A DNA stretch of 64,000 bases from Flavobacterium sp. Lineage in GTDB: Bacteria > Bacteroidota > Bacteroidia > Flavobacteriales > Flavobacteriaceae. The notes below the pieces were generated by a model. It had not been told where the DNA came from. It did no database searches and was given only the letters and a program-made list of their open reading frames with translations. Location of the stretch: assembly GCA_030591585.1 (NCBI GenBank), contig JAUVAS010000006.1, positions 1,714 through 65,713 on the forward strand, read 5' to 3'. This document shows positions 18,907 through 27,227 of the stretch, piece after piece (position 1 is the stretch's first letter; each line of letters opens with the position of its first letter). A program made the translations under genes and the position numbers.

Positions 18907-20313
18907 ATGAACTCATACGATGTTACCGTTATCGGCTCCGGACCTGGAGGGTATGTTGCAGCTATTCGTTGCGCACAATTAGGAATGAAAACCGCTTTAA
19001 TTGAAAAGTACAATATTCTTGGCGGAACTTGTCTAAACGTAGGTTGTATACCAAGTAAGGCATTATTAGATTCCTCACATCATTATGAAGATGCTCTCAA
19101 ACATTTTGAAGAACACGGTATCGAAATTTCTGGAGAAGTGAAAATAAGTCTTGAAAAAATGATTGCCCGTAAAGATAAAGTGGTGGAACAAACTACTGCC
19201 GGAATCGATTTCTTAATGAAGAAAAATAAGATTGATGTTCTTACGGGTTTGGGGAGTTTTAAAGATGCAACTCACATCATTATTTCAAAAGAAGAGGGTT
19301 CTTCGGAAGAAATTGAAACCAAAAATGTAATTATTGCTACGGGATCTAAACCTTCTAGTTTGCCTTTTATTTCAATTGATAAGGAAAGAGTAATCACTTC
19401 AACTGAAGCGTTGAAACTGAAAGAAATTCCGAAGCACCTAGTAGTCATTGGCGGAGGAGTTATTGGTTTAGAACTCGGACAAGTATACAGAAGATTAGGA
19501 GCTGAGGTTTCAGTAATTGAATATTTAGACCGTATAATTCCAACAATGGATAAGGCGCAAAGTAGAGAATTAACCAAGGCGATGAAAAAGCAAGGAGTAA
19601 AATTTTACCTTTCGCATAAAGTCTCTGGAATTACTAATAACGGAAATGAAGTAACGGTTACCGCAACAGATAAAAAAGATAGAGAAGTAAGTTTTACAGG
19701 AGACTATTGTTTGGTTTCGGTGGGGCGTCGTCCATTTACAGATGGGCTAAATGCGGATAATGCAGGTATTAAATTATCTGAAAGAGGACAGATAGAAGTC
19801 AATGAAAATTTACAAACCAACATCCCCAATATCTACGCAATTGGCGATGTAATAAAAGGAGCGATGTTAGCTCATAAAGCGGAAGAAGAGGGTGTATTTG
19901 TTGCTGAAACTTTAGCAGGACAAAAACCACATATTAATTATAATTTAATCCCAGGAGTTGTGTACACGTGGCCTGAAGTGGCTTCAGTCGGTAAAACAGA
20001 ACAACAACTTATCGAGGATGGTGTAAAATACAAGTCGGGGCAATTTCCAATGCGTGCTTTAGGTCGTGCAAGAGCAAGTGGAGATACTGACGGATTTGTA
20101 AAAATATTAAGTGACGAAGCTACCGATGAGGTTTTAGGAGTACATATGGTAGGAGCGCGAGTAGCAGACCTTATTGCAGAAGCAGTAGTTGCTATGGAGT
20201 TTAGAGCCAGTGCAGAAGATATTGCACGTATGAGCCACGCACATCCAACCTATGCCGAAGCTGTAAAAGAAGCCGCTTTAGCAGCTACAGGAGATAGAGC
20301 CTTGCATATATAG
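18907..20313 (+). CDS. lpdA: Dihydrolipoyl dehydrogenase
   Basis: VIGSGPGGYVAAIR FAD site, redox-active disulfide GGTCLNVGCIPSK, NAD site VIGGGVIGLELG, and C-terminal HAHPTYAEA. Confidence 0.95.
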   Translation: MNSYDVTVIGSGPGGYVAAIRCAQLGMKTALIEKYNILGGTCLNVGCIPSKALLDSSHHYEDALKHFEEHGIEISGEVKISLEKMIARKDKVVEQTTAGIDFLMKKNKIDVLTGLGSFKDATHIIISKEEGSSEEIETKNVIIATGSKPSSLPFISIDKERVITSTEALKLKEIPKHLVVIGGGVIGLELGQVYRRLGAEVSVIEYLDRIIPTMDKAQSRELTKAMKKQGVKFYLSHKVSGITNNGNEVTVTATDKKDREVSFTGDYCLVSVGRRPFTDGLNADNAGIKLSERGQIEVNENLQTNIPNIYAIGDVIKGAMLAHKAEEEGVFVAETLAGQKPHINYNLIPGVVYTWPEVASVGKTEQQLIEDGVKYKSGQFPMRALGRARASGDTDGFVKILSDEATDEVLGVHMVGARVADLIAEAVVAMEFRASAEDIARMSHAHPTYAEAVKEAALAATGDRALHI

Positions 20314-20338
20314 CTTTTTATTTAGAACCCCGAAGGGT

Positions 20339-20438
20339 GAAGAATCTAATATTAATTTTAAAAATCCATTCCGATTCTATCGGAATGGATTTTTAATTTT
20401 CAATACCTTTACTTTTTATTAAAAAATGATATTTTGGA
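20339..20438 (+). repeat. Copy 1 of a roughly 100-bp intergenic module (post-stop motif + terminator hairpin + promoter-like tail)
   Basis: Aligns by eye at roughly 80 percent identity with 25072-25170: GAAGAATCT, aaaaatccattccgat-tct-atcggaatggattttt, then ttttcaatacctttactttttattaaaaaatgatattttgga. Confidence 0.75.
20364..20394 (+). terminator. Rho-independent terminator of lpd
   Basis: Perfect 12-bp stem atccattccgat/atcggaatggat, loop tct, followed by TTTT. Confidence 0.85.
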
Positions 20439-20456
20439 CCTTACTATATAGTTTTA

Positions 20457-23400
20457 ATGACGCATAAAAACCCACTTCCTAATTTACACACCTATCAGTT
20501 TAGAGATGTAGCGTTTAATGAACTCATGCAAAACAGAATAAACAAAGTGCTTATTGTCTGTTCTAATTATGATTATTATATGTTAGAGTCTGATGGCAGA
20601 ATAGATGAACATATTTTTAATGAATACACTTCTTTGAATTTAAGATATCCACCAAGTTTTATTCATGCTAATTCTGCTAAGAGAGCTGTTAGGAAATTAA
20701 AAACTAATAAAATAGATCTGGTAATCACATGGTTAGATGTTGGTAACTATAATGCTTTTGAAGCTTCAAAACAAATAAAAGAAGCCTTTCCAGAGGTGCC
20801 AATTGTTGCCTTGAGTAATTATTCTTCAGAATTAAATAAAAAATTAAAAAGTGAGAAAGCACGTGTAATTGATTATGTTTTTCATTGGAATGGCAATGTG
20901 GGTATTTTTTTAGCCATCATCAAATTGATTGAGGATCGTATGAATGCCGAACATGACATAAATACTATTGGTGTAAAAGCTATTTTATTAGTAGAAGATT
21001 CTTTAAAGTTTTACTCACGTTATTTACCTATAATTTATAATATTCTTTTAAAGCAAACACGCTCATCTATGTCTGAAGGCTTAAATGAACACCGCCAAAT
21101 GATGTTAATGCGTGGACGTCCTAAGATTTTACTTTCGGTAAATTATGAAGAAGGCCTAGAGTTATTCGAAAAATATAAAAACAATCTTTTAGGGGTCATT
21201 TCCGATGTGAGTTATAACAGAGGTGGCGTTCGTGATAAACATGCTGGGTTTGAACTTTTAAAATATGTTCGCAGTTATAAACGTTATTTTCCATTTTTAA
21301 TACAGTCTTCTGAAAAAGAAAATGAAAAATTAGCATTAGAATTAAAAGGTAAATTTCTGTATAAATATTCAGAAACATTGGGTACGGATTTAAAAAACTA
21401 TATCAATAAATATTTTTCTTTTGGTGATTTCGAGTTTTGGGATCCTGAGCAAAAGAAAGTACTTGCTGTTGTAAAAGATTTAAAGTGTTTTCAAAAAGCC
21501 CTCCAGACAGTTAGTTTGGATTCAATTAGATATCATGCGGTACGTAGTGAATATTCTAAATGGCTTAAGTCTAGAGCATTATTTCCATTGGCAAATTTGT
21601 TTAGTAATATAGAATATGATGATTTTGATGATACAGAACAAATAAGAATTTTTCTTTTAGAATCCTTAAAAGTGTATCGAGTTTATAGATCAAGAGGGGT
21701 TATTGTCAAATTTGATAAAGATAAATACGATGAATTTTTAGGCTTTGCTCGTATCGGTAATGGTGCTTTAGGTGGGAAAGCCCGTGGTTTGGCATTTATT
21801 GATTCCTTTTTAAAACGTCATAGGCTTTTTAATAAGTATGAAGGTGTGCAAATTTCAATTCCGCGTACAGTAGTTTTAACCACAGATATTTTTGATGAAT
21901 TTATGGAAAAGCATCATTTGATACGATTTGTTGCAAAATGTGATAATGATGATGAAATACTAAATAAATTTATTTCTAAACCACTTCCTGAATGGGCCTT
22001 GCAAGATATACAGGCTTTTTTAAATGTTGTAAAAAGACCCATTGCTGTTAGATCGTCAAGTGTTTTAGAAGACTCGCATTATCAGCCTTTTGCAGGGGTG
22101 TTTGCTACGTATATGATTCCGAATACCAACGATGATAGAATGCTAAATATGGTTTCGAATGCTGTTAAATCTGTTATGGCATCTGCCTTTTTTCAAAGTT
22201 CTAAGAATTATTTAAAAGCAACAGCACATTCTATTGAAGAAGATAAAATGGCTGTAATCTTGCAAGAAGTTACAGGTAAGGAGTATAATGAGGTGTATTA
22301 TCCTAATATTTCTGGGGTTGCCCGTTCTATAAATTTTTATCCTATAGGAGATGAAAAACCAAATGAGGGTATAGCCGACATAGCAACAGGTTTGGGTGAA
22401 ATAATTGTAGGTGGTGGACGTGTTTTACGGTTTTCTCCAAAACATCCCAAAAAAATATTGCAATTATCGTCACCAGATTCAACACAACGTGAAACGCAAC
22501 AGTATTTATATGGGTTGGATTTAAATCCAGATAGTTATAAAGTATCTACGAGCGAGGCTATCAATAAAAAGAAAATTTCAGTTAGAGCAGCTAAAAGCCA
22601 TGGATCATTAAAATTTGTTGCTTCAACATACGATTTACAAAATAACGTAATTAAACCAGGCGTATTACATGACGGTATAAGAGTCATAACTTTTGACAAT
22701 GTATTAAAATATGATACTTTTCCATTGCCAGAAATATTACAAGAATTACTTAGAATTGGGCAAAGAGAAATGCGTAATCCTATTGAAATGGAATTTGCAG
22801 TAAATCTTGATGTGCCAAAAGGTAAATCTAAAATTTTTAGTTTTTTACAAATAAGACCTATAGTAGAAAGTGTTGATACCAATAACTTATTACCAAAAGA
22901 GTTAAGGACTGAAGATACTATCATATATTCAGAATCTGCTTTGGGTAATGGTAGTTATAATCATATTTATGACTTTGTTTATATTAGACCAGAAACGTTT
23001 AATCCAGCAAATACTAGAGCTATAGCGGTAGCAGTAGAAATACTCAATAAAAAATTTATAGAAGACGATAAACAATATATTTTGGTAGGTCCTGGACGTT
23101 GGGGTTCAAGCGATCCTTGGTTAGGTATTCCTGTTATTTGGCCACAAATATCTGCTGCTAAAATAATAGTCGAAGCAGGTTTACACGATTTTAGAATTGA
23201 CCCTAGTCAAGGTACACACTTCTTTCAAAATTTAACATCATTTAAAGTGGGTTATTTTACTATAAACCCTTTTATGAATGATGGCTTTTTCGATATAGAT
23301 TATCTTAATAAACAACCTGCTATTTGCGAAAATGAATTCTTAAGGCATATCAGGTTTAAAAACCCATTAAAAGTTATTATTGAAGGTAAAACTAATAGAG

Positions 23401-23492
23401 CTGCTATTTTTAAAGAGGGTTTTGAATTAAAAAAACCGGAAGATAGTTTAGAAAATGGTTTAGATGAATTACCACCTCAGGGTTTTATGTAA
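20457..23492 (+). CDS. PEP/pyruvate-binding (PPDK_N-type) domain protein with two N-terminal receiver-like domains
   Basis: 1011 aa. REC-like 1 (KVLIVCSNYD...DLVITWLDVG...PIVALS); REC-like 2 with acidic pair and Asp (AILLVEDS...LLGVISDVSY); central GNGALGGKARGLAFID...VRSSSVLEDS block typical of the pyruvate phosphate dikinase / PEP synthase nucleotide-binding domain. Confidence 0.7.
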   Translation: MTHKNPLPNLHTYQFRDVAFNELMQNRINKVLIVCSNYDYYMLESDGRIDEHIFNEYTSLNLRYPPSFIHANSAKRAVRKLKTNKIDLVITWLDVGNYNAFEASKQIKEAFPEVPIVALSNYSSELNKKLKSEKARVIDYVFHWNGNVGIFLAIIKLIEDRMNAEHDINTIGVKAILLVEDSLKFYSRYLPIIYNILLKQTRSSMSEGLNEHRQMMLMRGRPKILLSVNYEEGLELFEKYKNNLLGVISDVSYNRGGVRDKHAGFELLKYVRSYKRYFPFLIQSSEKENEKLALELKGKFLYKYSETLGTDLKNYINKYFSFGDFEFWDPEQKKVLAVVKDLKCFQKALQTVSLDSIRYHAVRSEYSKWLKSRALFPLANLFSNIEYDDFDDTEQIRIFLLESLKVYRVYRSRGVIVKFDKDKYDEFLGFARIGNGALGGKARGLAFIDSFLKRHRLFNKYEGVQISIPRTVVLTTDIFDEFMEKHHLIRFVAKCDNDDEILNKFISKPLPEWALQDIQAFLNVVKRPIAVRSSSVLEDSHYQPFAGVFATYMIPNTNDDRMLNMVSNAVKSVMASAFFQSSKNYLKATAHSIEEDKMAVILQEVTGKEYNEVYYPNISGVARSINFYPIGDEKPNEGIADIATGLGEIIVGGGRVLRFSPKHPKKILQLSSPDSTQRETQQYLYGLDLNPDSYKVSTSEAINKKKISVRAAKSHGSLKFVASTYDLQNNVIKPGVLHDGIRVITFDNVLKYDTFPLPEILQELLRIGQREMRNPIEMEFAVNLDVPKGKSKIFSFLQIRPIVESVDTNNLLPKELRTEDTIIYSESALGNGSYNHIYDFVYIRPETFNPANTRAIAVAVEILNKKFIEDDKQYILVGPGRWGSSDPWLGIPVIWPQISAAKIIVEAGLHDFRIDPSQGTHFFQNLTSFKVGYFTINPFMNDGFFDIDYLNKQPAICENEFLRHIRFKNPLKVIIEGKTNRAAIFKEGFELKKPEDSLENGLDELPPQGFM

Positions 23493-23620
23493 CAAAAGTA
23501 TCCATTTTCTATTTAAAGTGTTATTTAAACACCTTATAATCAATGATATGAATTTAAAATAATTATTATCATATTCATAAAATAAGTCACAAATAGCAAG
23601 AATAATGTAATTATTATATT

Positions 23621-23628
23621 TAATTTTG
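23621..23628 (+). promoter_or_regulatory. Candidate -7 promoter box for gdhA
   Basis: TAATTTTG ends 55 nt before ATG 23683 and overlaps the ORF-track TTG start at 23626, which argues against that start. Confidence 0.4.
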
Positions 23629-23682
23629 TTCCTGAATTTTAATAAAAAATTCAAAAAATTTAAGTCACTATATTTTTATAAT

Positions 23683-25020
23683 ATGAATGTACAAAATATA
23701 CTATTAAATCTCGAAGCAAAGCATCCAGGTGAGCAGGAATACCTTCAAGCAGTTACTGAAGTACTAGAATCTATTGAAGGCATTTACAATGAAAATCCAC
23801 AATACGAATCAGCAAAAATTATTGAACGTTTAGTAGAGCCAGACCGTATCTTAACATTTCGGGTGTCTTGGGTAGACGACAGAGGTCAGGTTCAAGTTAA
23901 TTTGGGTCATCGTGTTCAGTTTAACAATGCTATTGGTCCATATAAAGGAGGCTTAAGATTGCATCCAAGTGTTAATTTAAGTATTCTTAAATTTTTAGGA
24001 TTTGAACAAACTTTTAAAAATGCTTTAACAACATTACCTATGGGTGGTGCTAAAGGAGGATCAGATTTTAATCCTAAAGGAAAATCTGATAATGAAATTA
24101 TGAGATTTTGTCAAGCATTTATGTTAGAGTTATGGCACATAATTGGTCCAAATACAGATGTTCCTGCTGGTGATATTGGAACGGGAGGTCGCGAAATTGG
24201 TTACTTATACGGAATGTACAAAAAGCTCAAAATGGAAAATACCGGTATTTTAACCGGTAAAGGTCTTAATTGGGGGGGTAGTTTGGTTAGACCAGAAGCG
24301 ACAGGTTTTGGAGCAACTTATTTTGTCAACGAAATGCTAAAAGCAAACAATGATTCTTTTAAAGGGAAAATCGTTACTGTTTCCGGATTTGGAAATGTTG
24401 CTTGGGGTGTAGCTTTAAAAGTTACAGAACTAGGAGGTAAGGTTGTAACCATATCTGGCCCTGATGGATATATTTATGACGAAAAAGGTTTAGATGCAGA
24501 TAAAATTGATTATTTGTTGACACTTCGTGCATCTAATAACGATATAGTTTCTCCATATGCAGAAGAATTTCCAGAGGCTAAATTTATTGCCAATAAAAAA
24601 CCTTGGGAAGTAACATGTGATATTGCTATGCCAAGTGCTATTCAAAATGAATTGAATGATGATGATGCAGCATTATTATTATCAAATGATGTGAAATATG
24701 TAGCAGAAGTCTCCAATATGGGTTGTACATCTGAAGCTGTGGAAGCTTTTCATAAAGCACAAATACCATTTGGCCCAGGAAAAGCGGTTAATGCAGGAGG
24801 TGTAGGTGTTTCTGGTTTAGAAATGTCTCAAAATGCAATGAAATTAAACTGGACAGTAGAAGAAGTTGATGCTAAATTACATCAAATGATGTTTTCAATA
24901 CATGAAGCTTGTACCAAGTACGGAACAGAGCCAGACGGTTATGTAAATTATGTTGATGGCGCTAATATTGCAGGCTTTATTAAAGTAGCAGATGCGATGC
25001 TAGATCAGGGTATTATTTAA
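23683..25020 (+). CDS. gdhA: NADP-specific glutamate dehydrogenase
   Basis: YKGGLRLHPSVN, LPMGGAKGGSDFNPKG (catalytic Lys block) and the GFGNVAWG dinucleotide motif. Start taken at ATG 23683 (MNVQNILL...). Confidence 0.95.
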   Translation: MNVQNILLNLEAKHPGEQEYLQAVTEVLESIEGIYNENPQYESAKIIERLVEPDRILTFRVSWVDDRGQVQVNLGHRVQFNNAIGPYKGGLRLHPSVNLSILKFLGFEQTFKNALTTLPMGGAKGGSDFNPKGKSDNEIMRFCQAFMLELWHIIGPNTDVPAGDIGTGGREIGYLYGMYKKLKMENTGILTGKGLNWGGSLVRPEATGFGATYFVNEMLKANNDSFKGKIVTVSGFGNVAWGVALKVTELGGKVVTISGPDGYIYDEKGLDADKIDYLLTLRASNNDIVSPYAEEFPEAKFIANKKPWEVTCDIAMPSAIQNELNDDDAALLLSNDVKYVAEVSNMGCTSEAVEAFHKAQIPFGPGKAVNAGGVGVSGLEMSQNAMKLNWTVEEVDAKLHQMMFSIHEACTKYGTEPDGYVNYVDGANIAGFIKVADAMLDQGII

Positions 25021-25093
25021 TTCAAGTCAATTGAGCTTGTTTTGACACCTCGTTAGCTTCGTTAATGTGTTAAAGAATCTCAATAATATAAAA

Positions 25094-25125
25094 ATCCATC
25101 CTGTTTCTATCGGGATGGATTTTTT
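25094..25125 (+). terminator. Rho-independent terminator of gdhA
   Basis: 12-position stem with one mismatch and one G-U pair, the same tct loop as the lpd terminator, and a T5 run. One stem position shows a compensatory T:A to C:G change relative to copy 1. Confidence 0.8.
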
Positions 25126-25133
25126 ATTTTCTA

Positions 25134-25141
25134 TACCTTTG
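25134..25141 (+). promoter_or_regulatory. Candidate -7 promoter box for the FMN reductase-pabB pair
   Basis: TACCTTTG matches TAnnTTTG and ends 59 nt before ATG 25200. The equivalent position in copy 1 (20404-20411) reads TACCTTTA. Confidence 0.4.
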
Positions 25142-25199
25142 GTTTTTACTTTTAATAAATGATTTTCGGAAAATAAAAAGTTTCCCGATTACTCGGAAA

Positions 25200-25748
25200 A
25201 TGAATATGAAAAAAATAATAGCCTTTGCAGGAAGTAATAGTAGTACTTCTATCAATCATAAATTTGTATCCTTTGCAGCTTTGCAAATAAAAAATCACGA
25301 TGTAAATGTAATTAGGCTTACAGATTTCGAGTTGCCTATGTTTAGTGAAGATATTGAAAAAGAAACGGGATTTCCTGTTAATTTAGAAAAGTTAAATCAA
25401 GTAATTTCTGAAGCAGATGCAGTAATCGTTTCAGTAAACGAGTATAATAGTGGTGTTTCAGGTTTTTTTAAAAACACTACCGATTGGCTTTCACGTATCA
25501 ACCGTGATTTTCTAAAAGACAAAAAAGTATTGTTATTATCTACTTCACCAGGAGGTAGAGGAGCTATGACAGCATTGGAATTTACTAAAAATGTATTTCC
25601 AAGATTTGGTGCAGACATCACAGATAGTTTTAGTTTTCCGAAGTTTTATGAGAATTTTTCTTCCGAAGAAAATAAGATTATAGAGGAGACATTAGCAGAT
25701 GATTTTAATGAAGTACTTCAAAATTTTGTACGTCAATTGGAAGCCTAA
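25200..25748 (+). CDS. NAD(P)H-dependent FMN reductase family protein
   Basis: 182 aa. KIIAFAGSNSSTSINHKF and SVNEYNSGVSGFFKNTTDWLSR are typical of the NADPH-dependent FMN reductase (flavodoxin-like) family. The stop overlaps the pabB start (TAATG). Confidence 0.8.
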   Translation: MNMKKIIAFAGSNSSTSINHKFVSFAALQIKNHDVNVIRLTDFELPMFSEDIEKETGFPVNLEKLNQVISEADAVIVSVNEYNSGVSGFFKNTTDWLSRINRDFLKDKKVLLLSTSPGGRGAMTALEFTKNVFPRFGADITDSFSFPKFYENFSSEENKIIEETLADDFNEVLQNFVRQLEA

Positions 25749-27094
25749 TGCGCGTTGTAAAAAAACATTCGGTAACACTTACTGAAGATTTTAAAAAATC
25801 AATACTCCATTGGGCGCAACAGTTTGATGAAGTAATTTGGTTAGATTCTAACCACCACCAGCAAGACCATTCTAAGTATAAAGCCATACTTGCTGTAGAT
25901 GCTTTTACGGCTGTTAAAACAGATGAGTTTAAAGCTTTTGAAAAATTAGAAGAATACCAAGCCAAAACCAACGATTGGCTTTTTGGCTACCTCACCTATG
26001 ACATTAAAAATGATGTAGAGAGATTAAGCTCTAATAATTTTGATGGCTTACACTTTCCCGATTTGTATTTTTTTCAACCCAAAAAAGTATTTCTTTTTAC
26101 TGAAAATGAAGTTGAAATTCAATATCTCAATTTTGTAGATGATGAGATAGAAGCAGATTGGCAAGAAATAACACATCTTAGTAAAAACTTGCATTATTTT
26201 GAGCCTGACCGTCTTTGTGAGACTAAAGGGCCAAAGAACTTAACGAAAGAGAATGAAAATAACCCAATAAAAATTCATCTTCGAACCTCTAAAGATTCCT
26301 ATTTTGAAAAAATAAATACCATGCTTCAGCACATTCATAAAGGGGATATTTATGAAGCTAATTTTTGTCAGGAGTTTTATTCAGAAAACATAAGTATCGA
26401 TGCGGTAAAAACCTATTTACATTTAAATGATATTTCTAAATCCCCATTTGCAACCTACTTAAAGCTTGGTGGTTTTTATTCATTTTCAGCTTCACCAGAG
26501 CGTTATATTAAGAAAACAGGAAATAAGGTAATCTCTCAACCCATTAAAGGAACAGCGAAGCGTCATTTAAATAAAGTAGAAGACGCTCAATTAAAATCAG
26601 ATTTACAAAAAGATACAAAAGAGCGAAGTGAAAACATAATGATAACCGATTTGGTTAGAAATGACCTGTCGAGGTTTGCGGTAAAAGGTTCGGTAAAAGT
26701 AGAAGAGCTTTGTAAAGTATATACTTTTGAGCAAGTTCATCAAATGATTTCTACAATTTCTTGTGAAGTTGAAGAAAGTATAAGCCCCGTTTCAATTTTA
26801 AAGAAGACATTTCCAATGGGAAGTATGACGGGTGCTCCAAAGATTTCAGCAATGAAAATTATTGAAAAGTTAGAAGATGCAAAACGAGGATTATATAGCG
26901 GGACTATTGGTTATTTTACCCCAAGTGGAGATTTCGATTTTAATGTGATTATTCGCAGTATTTTATATAATTCAGAAAATAAATACGTAAGCTTCTCGGT
27001 AGGAGGTGCTATTACGGCAAAGTCTATTCCCGAAAAAGAATACGAAGAATGCCTTTTGAAAGCTAAGGCAATGCGGGAAGTTTTGGAAAGTTAA
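25748..27094 (+). CDS. pabB: Aminodeoxychorismate synthase component I
   Basis: Chorismate-binding enzyme blocks: GDIYEANFCQEF, SPERYIKK, PIKGTAKR, ERSENIMITDLVRND, FPMGSMTGAPK, GLYSGTIGYF. Confidence 0.85.
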   Translation: MRVVKKHSVTLTEDFKKSILHWAQQFDEVIWLDSNHHQQDHSKYKAILAVDAFTAVKTDEFKAFEKLEEYQAKTNDWLFGYLTYDIKNDVERLSSNNFDGLHFPDLYFFQPKKVFLFTENEVEIQYLNFVDDEIEADWQEITHLSKNLHYFEPDRLCETKGPKNLTKENENNPIKIHLRTSKDSYFEKINTMLQHIHKGDIYEANFCQEFYSENISIDAVKTYLHLNDISKSPFATYLKLGGFYSFSASPERYIKKTGNKVISQPIKGTAKRHLNKVEDAQLKSDLQKDTKERSENIMITDLVRNDLSRFAVKGSVKVEELCKVYTFEQVHQMISTISCEVEESISPVSILKKTFPMGSMTGAPKISAMKIIEKLEDAKRGLYSGTIGYFTPSGDFDFNVIIRSILYNSENKYVSFSVGGAITAKSIPEKEYEECLLKAKAMREVLES

Positions 27095-27139
27095 TTCCTG
27101 CATTTCGACTTAGCTCAATATAGACTTCAGCAGGAATCT
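27095..27139 (+). repeat. REP-like post-stop element
   Basis: TTCCTGCatttcgacttagctcaatatagacttcaGCAGGAAtct starts at the first base after the pabB stop. The arms ttcctgc/gcaggaa can pair. It ends in CAGGAATCT, as at 711-719. Confidence 0.5.
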
Positions 27140-27201
27140 TATGAATAAAAGTTATATTTTTAATTAAGAGAATTTTACAATTTTAAAGTTACGATATTTC
27201 T

Positions 27202-27209
27202 TAAATTTG
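27202..27209 (+). promoter_or_regulatory. Candidate -7 promoter box for tilS
   Basis: TAAATTTG ends 19 nt before ATG 27228 and overlaps the ORF-track TTG start at 27207, favouring ATG 27228. Confidence 0.45.
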
Positions 27210-27227
27210 CAAGAATATTTTAAACGA

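Larger units (their letters stand above)
25072..25170 (+). repeat. Copy 2 of the roughly 100-bp intergenic module
   Basis: AAAGAATCT, aaaaatccatcctgtt-tct-atcgggatggattttt, then ttttctatacctttggtttttacttttaataaatgattttcgga. Same order and spacing as 20339-20438. Confidence 0.75.

Noticed and set aside
25746-25750. The TAATG stop/start overlap of the FMN reductase gene and pabB, as a sign of a novel functional pairing.
   Set aside because: Four-base overlaps are common in compact operons, and I have no independent evidence for a functional link. It is noted only as probable co-transcription.
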